DNA from: Candidatus Omnitrophota bacterium
GTDB lineage: Bacteria; Omnitrophota; Gorgyraeia; B26-G9
Assembly: GCA_018817165.1 (NCBI GenBank)
Contig: JAHITY010000114.1
Span: 81,721-145,720 of the forward strand
DNA: 64,000 nt
Direction of reading: 5' to 3'
Shown in pieces: positions 57,214-64,000 of the stretch (positions are counted from its first letter, which is position 1; each line of letters starts with the position of its first letter). The notes under the pieces were generated by a model that saw only the letters and a program-made list of their open reading frames with translations, searched no databases and had not been told where the DNA came from. Position numbers and translations under genes: made by a program.

Positions 57214-57467
57214 TAAAATTGTCTCCTTAAGCTTTCTAGGCTATTATCAGCAGGCTTTATGTCTAGCCAGAATGAAGTTGGTTTATTGTTTTGGCTAGGA
57301 TTATTTAAATCAGGAGAAATGCTTTTAGTTTGAAAACTATTTTTATAAACAAAATAATAGGGCAGGATCAGAATAAAATAAAGCAGAGCTAAAACAATAT
57401 TCAAAGGGATTTGAATGATTTGAATTAAAACAGTCAGTATTTTTTTAAAACCTAATTTCATGATCAA
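57213..57467 (-). CDS. Small membrane protein (84 aa) immediately upstream of and coupled to the carbamoyltransferase gene
   Basis: One TM helix; 1-nt overlap with downstream gene start. Confidence 0.35.
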   Translation of the reverse strand: MIMKLGFKKILTVLIQIIQIPLNIVLALLYFILILPYYFVYKNSFQTKSISPDLNNPSQNNKPTSFWLDIKPADNSLESLRRQF

Positions 57468-57564
57468 AAACTTTAATTTTATATCGTGGATTAGCAGATA
57501 GTGATAGCTGAATTTTGCTTATGCTAATCTTAGCATATTCTCGATGTTTAGCCAATTGATTTTT

Positions 57565-57589
57565 GTAGGGCCACGGCGTGACGTGGCCG
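57565..57589 (+). repeat. Solo left-end half element (GTAGGG + perfect hairpin GGCCACGgcgtgaCGTGGCC)
   Basis: Same architecture as the 47525 solo unit, about 30 nt upstream of a full element. Confidence 0.45.
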
Positions 57590-57621
57590 TATCATTAATA
57601 TTTGATCAATATTATAATTTT

Positions 57622-57710
57622 GTAGGGGCGCTGCTTGCCTGCGCCCGTTTATTAATGATTCGATTGGATTATTACGGGCCGGGGCAAGCGCGGCCCCTAC
57701 ATTGAAATCT
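57622..57710 (+). repeat. Short-form GTAGGGG...CCCCTAC element (shorter core); right flank ATTGAAATCTTGTGTTC
   Basis: Both terminal hairpins conserved; ends 12 nt before the minus-strand TAG stop of the AsmA-like gene. Confidence 0.7.
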
Positions 57711-57721
57711 TGTGTTCTTTT

Positions 57722-60700
57722 CTATTTAAAAATCCCGTTAAGGACTCCTTTAAATAATTCCATCTTTATGTCTTTTTCGGAGTTTTGCTGCGGTTCGTCC
57801 GGGGATTTAGTTTTTAAAAGATTATTAAGTATCGCATTAGCGCCAAGTCCAAACAATAATTTTTTTTGGTCGATTATTGGCGCGCTGAGCGTGCCTTTGA
57901 CTTCAATTTCTTTTTGATAAACTTTTCCATTAAAATCAAAAACATCGCGTAAGGCCTGATTTATTTTTTGCGCGCCGGATTCAGTTAATTGGAGAGTTGT
58001 CCAAAAGTTTTCAAAGCCCAGAGTATCAAGCAGGATCGCGCCGCGGGCTAAGATAATTGCTTCCGGGCCATTAAAGCTGGTGTTTTGCAGCGTTGCTTTT
58101 GCCTGGTCAAAAATAATATCGGCATTGCCTTGAGTAATTTCAAAATTAACCAGGAAATCCGCGCTGAAGATAGCGGCAATTGATTTAAGCAAAGGCATGG
58201 CGATGATCAGCGCGTCATTTAATTTAATATTTGCTTTGCCCTGGATTGTTTTTAAATCATTGCCCGTGCCGTTTAGGTCAGCATTCAGAGATACGATGCC
58301 TTTATGCTGTTGAGCAATGATTTTTGATTCTTTGATCAACAGGCCAAAATCGAGCTTATCAATATTCGCTTTAGCGGTATAAGTAAATTTTGGCTGAGTA
58401 AAATCCGCATCAACAATTAAATCAGCTTTGCCTTGATAAGCATTAAGTCGGGCATCTGCATTAAGGATTTTATTGCGCATATTGGCCTTAAGCGCAATTT
58501 CATTGAGTTTAATTTTTTTAATTTCAATTTGATCAGATAAAATATTTGCCGTTAAATTCATCGCGGCTAAATCAGACACTGGAGTATCAATATTAATTTT
58601 TGCCGAAACATTGCCTTTTAATTCCAGGCTATCCAACTGTTTTTTAATATTCTGGGGAATCGGCAGTTTGTTCAAGTCATCAATATTCAGCTGAGAATCA
58701 ATATCCAGATTTATCAGCGGATTATTATTCAGTGAACTTATTTTGCCGGAGGCTTTGGCCAGGATGTCTTTATACACAAGTGATGAATCTTTTAAAATAA
58801 TACTATTGTTCTGATAATCCGCGTTTATTTGGGCATTGGCTTTTTCAATTGTAATCTTATTAACCAGTACATTTTTTAAATCAAGATCAAGCTTGGAATT
58901 AAAATTTAGATTTTCCGGTTTGGCTCCAGAGCCGGATAGCTTAATTTGCGCGTTCAGCAGTCCTTGAAAATCCGTCTGAATTAATTTGGTTTGCAGGGCA
59001 AAAGACTGCATATCCAGCTGTTCAAGATTTGCGGTTAAATTAAATTTAGGGCTTGCGATATTGTTTAGATCCGCATTAGCCGCGGCTTTGATTTGTCCGG
59101 AATATAATTCAGCGAGCAGGGAAGAAAGATTAAATTGTTGATTTTTAAAAGTGCCTTTGGCTTTTAAACTGTCGAGATTAAATTGATTGTATTTAAGTTC
59201 AGCCGTATTAAGGTTAAAACTTATTTCCAGGGTTTGAGGTTTTTTTAATAAACCACTGGTTTTGAAATCAATTATCGGATTACCGCTTAATTTAAATGTA
59301 TCGGGTAGTTTGAGCATTGAATAAGTATTGAGCTGGTCTAATTTAGTTTTTAGCTGTCCGGTTAGCTCAGCATTTGGATCAAATATAATATTAGCGATAT
59401 TTCCATTAATGCTCAGCTGACTGACCAGATCATTGAGCACTGCTTTGCGCAAAACAATGCTATTTAGATTTTTTATGCTCAGATCCGCGTCAAGTTCAAT
59501 CAACTCCGGCAAAATCATTTGTTGATAGATCAGATTATTTCCCGTAATACTTGTTTCTAAAGTTATAAGATTTAAATCCAAAGCGCTGCCTTTTAGGGAG
59601 ATATTGGCATTAATTCTTCCCGCCAAATAATCATTAAACTTTGCTTTTTGCGCCAAAATTTCTTTGAGCTTTTTCAACTCTAAATCAGCGAGATTGGCGC
59701 GCAGATTATAATCACGATCTTTACTCAATAGATTAAGGCTGCCAGTAAGGTTAATCGCGGTATCGAGCAGACTGAGCGATAGATTAGACAGATTAACTTG
59801 TCCGTTTTCAATCTGGGCTTGGATGAGTAAATTATTGATCTCATAGTCAAATAAACGCAGCTTATCAGTGTTAAGCGATATTGTTCCGCCCAGCTCGGGG
59901 ATGTTTCTTAATGGCCCATTTATCTGGATATTGCCGTTTAATATTCCGCTGGGTTTTGCTGTTTCTAAAATTGGTTTTATTTCTAAAGGCAGCTGCGCTA
60001 AATCCTCAAGCTGAATTTTGATTCGGGTGCTTATTTGAGCCAGAGGGTTTTCTTTTAGATCAGCAATCTGTCCGGTTACATCCAGGCTGATTTGATTGTA
60101 GCTGGCAGTCAGCTGGGAAATTAAAAGCGTATCTTGGTTTAAATCGCATTTTAATTTAACTAACAGCGGGCTAAGTTCGCAATTAAGTTCTATTTTGGGA
60201 TTAGCATAATCTTTGATTAAAAAATCAAGCTTGGCGATCGCGTCATTAATTGTTCCTTGGAGATCAGAGGCGTAAATATTATCTTTATGAATGTTTATTG
60301 TTCCTTTTATATCTTTGATCTGACCAAAAACCGGTATTTGATTGATTTCCATGGGGTTTAGCTTTAATTCAGCGCTGTAATTTAAATTGTCCGGGTTTTT
60401 AAGATCAAGATTTATCAATACATTGGCTTGCGCGTCAAGGTTGATGATTATTGGCGCTTGATTGACTTGGGCTTTGCTTATTTCCAGATAGAAAGGCAAA
60501 TCAAATTTATTTTTATCCTTATTCCAAGAAGTAAATATTTGTTTATAATCAGGGATTAATCTAATTAAATCAGCAAACACAAAAGTACTATTGCTTTGTT
60601 TTTGATAAAGCGCAACTTGCTTGATCGCAATAATTCCTTGCGGAGATATCTGGATATTTTTTATCTTAATTTCCTGGCCCAGGGTTTTGTTGATCTGCTT

Positions 60701-60826
60701 TTCAATCTGAGGAATAGCAATCTGAGGCAAGAGGATAAGATTGATCAGAAAATATCCGCCAATAATCAAGCTAAGGATAATTGCCAGAAAAATAAACAAA
60801 ATGATTAAGGGATTAGTTTTTTTCAT
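57722..60826 (-). CDS. Large AsmA/TamB-like envelope protein (N-terminal membrane anchor, ~1000-aa repetitive beta-rich region)
   Basis: Single N-terminal TM, N/Q/L/K-rich repetitive body with recurring 'LxxNxxI' patterns, no enzymatic motifs. Confidence 0.5.
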   Translation of the reverse strand: MKKTNPLIILFIFLAIILSLIIGGYFLINLILLPQIAIPQIEKQINKTLGQEIKIKNIQISPQGIIAIKQVALYQKQSNSTFVFADLIRLIPDYKQIFTSWNKDKNKFDLPFYLEISKAQVNQAPIIINLDAQANVLINLDLKNPDNLNYSAELKLNPMEINQIPVFGQIKDIKGTINIHKDNIYASDLQGTINDAIAKLDFLIKDYANPKIELNCELSPLLVKLKCDLNQDTLLISQLTASYNQISLDVTGQIADLKENPLAQISTRIKIQLEDLAQLPLEIKPILETAKPSGILNGNIQINGPLRNIPELGGTISLNTDKLRLFDYEINNLLIQAQIENGQVNLSNLSLSLLDTAINLTGSLNLLSKDRDYNLRANLADLELKKLKEILAQKAKFNDYLAGRINANISLKGSALDLNLITLETSITGNNLIYQQMILPELIELDADLSIKNLNSIVLRKAVLNDLVSQLSINGNIANIIFDPNAELTGQLKTKLDQLNTYSMLKLPDTFKLSGNPIIDFKTSGLLKKPQTLEISFNLNTAELKYNQFNLDSLKAKGTFKNQQFNLSSLLAELYSGQIKAAANADLNNIASPKFNLTANLEQLDMQSFALQTKLIQTDFQGLLNAQIKLSGSGAKPENLNFNSKLDLDLKNVLVNKITIEKANAQINADYQNNSIILKDSSLVYKDILAKASGKISSLNNNPLINLDIDSQLNIDDLNKLPIPQNIKKQLDSLELKGNVSAKINIDTPVSDLAAMNLTANILSDQIEIKKIKLNEIALKANMRNKILNADARLNAYQGKADLIVDADFTQPKFTYTAKANIDKLDFGLLIKESKIIAQQHKGIVSLNADLNGTGNDLKTIQGKANIKLNDALIIAMPLLKSIAAIFSADFLVNFEITQGNADIIFDQAKATLQNTSFNGPEAIILARGAILLDTLGFENFWTTLQLTESGAQKINQALRDVFDFNGKVYQKEIEVKGTLSAPIIDQKKLLFGLGANAILNNLLKTKSPDEPQQNSEKDIKMELFKGVLNGIFK

Positions 60827-61032
60827 AGTACTGCTTATTATATTAAATCAGTATCTTATTGCAAGTCATATTTAGCTTGGATAAATCTAAGAATAATTTT
60901 AGCAATGCTTTATGCGCAAAACAATCTTCTGATTTATTTTTTTTATTCTTGACAAACTGCCTGACTGAGGAATAAAATAAATAATAGGGTGCAAATAAAT
61001 GGATTTGGTTTAATTTTACAAGGAGAGGTAAA

Positions 61033-61407
61033 ATGGCACTGAGCGGAGCTGTATGTGAGAGAAGGAAATTTGTTAGAATGTATTCTGATTTTCCTGTACA
61101 GTTAAAGTACATGAAGCCAAATACGCCTATTCAAATTCACAATTCACTTTCCCAGGATTTAAGTGAGGGGGGGCTGCAGATATCTTCATATTATTTTTAT
61201 CCTGTGAATTCTCAAATGATTGTGGAATTACAACTCAATGCGGACACGGTGCCAATAAAAACTGTTGGTAAGGTTGTTTGGGTCGAGCAGCTGCCTTATC
61301 AGGATGTTTTTAAACTCGGAATAGAGTTTTCCGAATTAAGCGTATTTAATCAAAAAGCTTTGCGCCAGCTTATTGCTGATAAATTCGATTTAAATCAAAT
61401 CAATTAG
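61033..61407 (+). CDS. Stand-alone PilZ-domain c-di-GMP receptor
   Basis: RRKFVRM (RxxxR) ... DLSEGGLQI (DxSxGG) ... GKVVWVE canonical PilZ blocks; 124 aa. Confidence 0.65.
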   Translation: MALSGAVCERRKFVRMYSDFPVQLKYMKPNTPIQIHNSLSQDLSEGGLQISSYYFYPVNSQMIVELQLNADTVPIKTVGKVVWVEQLPYQDVFKLGIEFSELSVFNQKALRQLIADKFDLNQIN

Positions 61408-61477
61408 TAGTGGCCGCGCTTGCCTCGGCCTGATTATTGATAATTCTATACGGGCGCAGGCAAGCGGCGCCCCTACT
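61408..61477 (-). repeat. Short-form element in inverted orientation (70 bp), directly abutting the TAG stop of the PilZ gene
   Basis: TAGTGGCCGCGCTTGCCTCGGCC ... CGGGCGCAGGCAAGCGGCGCCCCTAC = reverse complement of the right and left termini of the + copies. Confidence 0.6.
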
Positions 61478-61775
61478 AAGTGTCATCTTTTAATCCGCTG
61501 TTTTAATTCATTTTCTCTGCTTTTCCTAAACATTTACCCGAGCAAGGTCGAAGGGCTTTTTCTCTTTTACTATTAGCTATGAGCCACAGCTATGAGCCAA
61601 GCATGTTTTTTTATGCTTTCCTATTCGCTAACCTGTTGCCAATAAACCACTAATGAATCTTTAAAAAACTTTGGATGCTATTGAAATAATTGTTTTTATG
61701 TGGTATACTTTGCCAGCTTATTTTATATTTAATAATAATTCTTAAATAATATATAATTTAATTACGGAGACAAGC

Positions 61776-64000
61776 ATGACTGCTTATATCAAAAAGAATT
61801 TTTTCAGAAAAGTTTTTATTGTTTTTCTGCTTCAGTCGTTTTTATCCCAGGGGGCTTCCTACGCCATAGACACAGAGTCTTTCGCCGATACCGCTATGCT
61901 TTCGCCGCACGTGCAGATCTCAGAACAGAGTTTTACGCAACAGATGCAAAATATCTGTAATATTAGCGGCGACATGAATGTCATCTCACCAGTTCTTAAT
62001 AAAAATAAAAAACGCGAGAATTATAACGCGGTAGTTGATCGCGTAGAAATGGACCCATTCCCAGGTGAAAATATCGCAATTGCTTTTGGTGAAAATTTTG
62101 AAGTTACGGTAACGGTGTATACGAAAGATGATACCGACCCGGAATCCGACGATCTGCGTGTAGTCCTGTGGACTGATCTTAGCCCGACGAACTATATTCA
62201 GATAAAAAACATTACCATGGCCGAGAATGAAGACGGCACCCCTAATCCGCGAAAATTCTACGCGACAATAAAAATCAAACCTAAAGCGCCAGGAGCATAT
62301 AATTTCACGGCTTTTGCTAAAACCAAACACCAGCCCGATAACAGCAATATGGAGCCGGTTTTTGTCGCGGATAAAGGACGAGTGCATGTCCAGGTCCATC
62401 AGATCCCGCATTGGGCGGACAGGAATAAACTGCATCCATATTATTTGTTCCTGGAAGATGTCGCGACCGATGGACACTCGCTTAACTGGACGGGAATCGA
62501 AGAATTTATCAAGAAAACTTCCGTCAATACTGGTAAGAATATGTTTGTCCTGTCGCCGTTTTTCCCCACGCCCGGATCTTCATCTTTTTCACCGCTCTCG
62601 GTTTTTGCTTTGAGTCCTCGGCTTATTGATTGGATAATGGTAAAAGACAAGGGTGCAACGCCGATAGAAAAATTCCGCAATTTTCTGGCCAAGGGAGTGA
62701 GGGAGCGAAAAATGCGGTTCGAAAATTTTAAAGATAATCAGGAAATAAAAAATTACGCGGAACTGATCGCGCAAAGAACCATAGACAATAATGGTGATGC
62801 CGTGTACGGTTCTCATTACGATATCCATGATTTTAAAAATATCGAAGAGTTTAAAGGATTTATTATTTATGAGCAGTTTGTAAACCTGGAGCAGATGCAT
62901 GAGTTTTTGGCTTCATGTCGCGGTGCAAATGTGCGCATTTGCGGCGATCTGCCTTTTTACCGGGCGAAAGACGGAGTAGATGCTGAATTCAATCGCTGGT
63001 ATTTCGATGCCGAGAACGGCGAGATTGTCAGCCCGGGGCATAAAGGTCTTGACCAGATGTGGGGAGATCTGGCGGCCTGGGACGAAAAAGAGATAAATAA
63101 ATTTACCCGCGAGAAAGGTTATGATCCCCGCTTATTGCCGTTTAAATACTGGAATGAAGTTTTCTGGGATGTCTTTAAAGACAGTAAGGACAAGGTTTCC
63201 GGCTGGCGGATGGATGCTTTGCACATGTATGGACGCGGCTCTTATAATGACAATGCCGAAAGGTTGGTTCATGATACGCTCTTCTGGGACGATGTTGCCG
63301 AATTCTTTATGAACAACAATCTGTTCCCGATCGTTGAACAGCTGGGTGCGGATGCTCACGCTTTTAATTATTTCCTAAAAAGAAAAGGGTTTGTGCAGTA
63401 CGCGATAGTTCTAGATCTGAAATCGAAATCTCTGAACGATTTTATCCGGGACTTGGAGAATATTTCCCGCGGGCTGGCTGTTACGGTGGTCGATACCCAT
63501 GATAGTAATCGCTGGGCTAAGGAATACATGAATATGTTTGAATCCCTGACCGGCAAGACTAACCTTAATCAAGACCCTGAAGTTCGCGACGAAATACTCA
63601 AATTGGTCGGCCCGGCGTTTTTTACGTTTCTGTATCTGGCCCCGAAGATGGAATGCTTTACTCTGAGCCTATCGGAATTCAGTACCCAGGATTCGATTAA
63701 AAGAGAGACGTTTAATGAACGCGGTACGGTTATCGGGTCGGATTGGGGGACTAAGGAAAAAGGTAACATAGATTTTTCTCCTTGGATAAAAAAGTTTGCG
63801 CAGATCCGAGAAGAGAATCCGGCAATCAGCAATTCCGCTTTTGTAAGAATTGCGAATAACGATCCTGAGCACCTGCTCTCGGCTTATAAATCTTATGATG
63901 GCAATAATATTCTGATCATGGCGAATTTCAGCGGCAAAGAAAAAACAATAGAGTTTAACATACCGCGGAGCAGGTTTAAACTTGGGGCGGCATCCTGGAT
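61776..64000 (+). CDS. Secreted GH77-like 4-alpha-glucanotransferase (amylomaltase family), 3' end beyond window; not in supplied ORF track because no stop occurs before the window edge
   Basis: Open frame from ATG 61776 to the window end; signal peptide MTAYIKKNFFRKVFIVFLLQSFLSQGASYA; GH77-like blocks ICGDLPFYRAKDGVDAEF, GWRMDALHMYG (nucleophile Asp region), PIVEQLGAD (acid/base Glu region); visibly higher GC and CG-rich codons than the rest of the window. Confidence 0.55.
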   Translation, partial: MTAYIKKNFFRKVFIVFLLQSFLSQGASYAIDTESFADTAMLSPHVQISEQSFTQQMQNICNISGDMNVISPVLNKNKKRENYNAVVDRVEMDPFPGENIAIAFGENFEVTVTVYTKDDTDPESDDLRVVLWTDLSPTNYIQIKNITMAENEDGTPNPRKFYATIKIKPKAPGAYNFTAFAKTKHQPDNSNMEPVFVADKGRVHVQVHQIPHWADRNKLHPYYLFLEDVATDGHSLNWTGIEEFIKKTSVNTGKNMFVLSPFFPTPGSSSFSPLSVFALSPRLIDWIMVKDKGATPIEKFRNFLAKGVRERKMRFENFKDNQEIKNYAELIAQRTIDNNGDAVYGSHYDIHDFKNIEEFKGFIIYEQFVNLEQMHEFLASCRGANVRICGDLPFYRAKDGVDAEFNRWYFDAENGEIVSPGHKGLDQMWGDLAAWDEKEINKFTREKGYDPRLLPFKYWNEVFWDVFKDSKDKVSGWRMDALHMYGRGSYNDNAERLVHDTLFWDDVAEFFMNNNLFPIVEQLGADAHAFNYFLKRKGFVQYAIVLDLKSKSLNDFIRDLENISRGLAVTVVDTHDSNRWAKEYMNMFESLTGKTNLNQDPEVRDEILKLVGPAFFTFLYLAPKMECFTLSLSEFSTQDSIKRETFNERGTVIGSDWGTKEKGNIDFSPWIKKFAQIREENPAISNSAFVRIANNDPEHLLSAYKSYDGNNILIMANFSGKEKTIEFNIPRSRFKLGAASW

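Noticed and set aside
44184-61477. CRISPR array possibility for the recurring ~94-bp GC-hairpin repeats
   Set aside because: Repeat units are about 90-160 bp (far longer than CRISPR repeats) and spacing is 1.5-6 kb with full-length genes between them. Copies occur in both orientations. No cas genes are present.
61986-63872. Series of 60-160-aa minus-strand ORFs at the 3' end of the window
   Set aside because: All overlap the long + strand GH77-like reading frame that runs uninterrupted from 61776 to the window edge and contains recognisable catalytic blocks; the antisense ORFs are a by-product of locally higher GC.

Overview
This 64-kb window is a low-GC (roughly mid-30s %) bacterial chromosome segment, almost entirely + strand-coded, with no rRNA, tRNA or CRISPR detected. 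From the 5' end it runs: the 3' half of the dcw cluster (murG fragment, murC, murB, ddl, ftsQ, ftsA), which ends without ftsZ and continues directly into an HD-GYP response regulator, pilT and a B12-type radical SAM gene. Next comes a four-gene signalling operon (membrane histidine kinase with a CXXCH motif in its sensor domain, cytoplasmic histidine kinase, CheY-like REC, REC-GAF-GGDEF). Then housekeeping genes (yggS, proC, ileS, dksA/traR-like, lspA, lgt, rluD-family). Then a CheC/CheX-like gene, a ComFB-like gene and a ComFB-CheR fusion, a GNAT acetyltransferase, a PilZ membrane protein, YihY/BrkB and MscS. A roughly 21-kb exopolysaccharide/glycan locus follows (Wza-like exporter, PCP/Wzc-like protein with a C-terminal PilZ-like domain, initiating sugar-phosphate transferase, Wzx flippase, Wzy/O-antigen-ligase-like protein, several GT2/GT4 glycosyltransferases, three SAM methyltransferases and four paralogous class-B radical SAM enzymes). 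The 3' part holds a minus-strand SGNH/TPR protein, divergent-PAP2, LysM-L,D-transpeptidase, accA-bioY, a minus-strand carbamoyltransferase cassette, a minus-strand AsmA-like giant protein, a standalone PilZ and a 5'-partial GH77-like glucanotransferase running off the window end. The most unusual signal is a dispersed family of GTAGGGG...CCCCTAC bipartite-hairpin miniature repeats (8 full copies plus 3 solo half-hairpins). They sit exactly at gene junctions in the glycan locus, supply TAG stop codons to two genes and directly abut that of a third, and carry a variable CTTGTGAC octamer tail. The window is also unusually rich in c-di-GMP components (HD-GYP, GGDEF with I-site, at least three to four PilZ domains, two ComFB domains). 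All calls are from reading the sequence and the supplied six-frame ORF track; no database search was possible.
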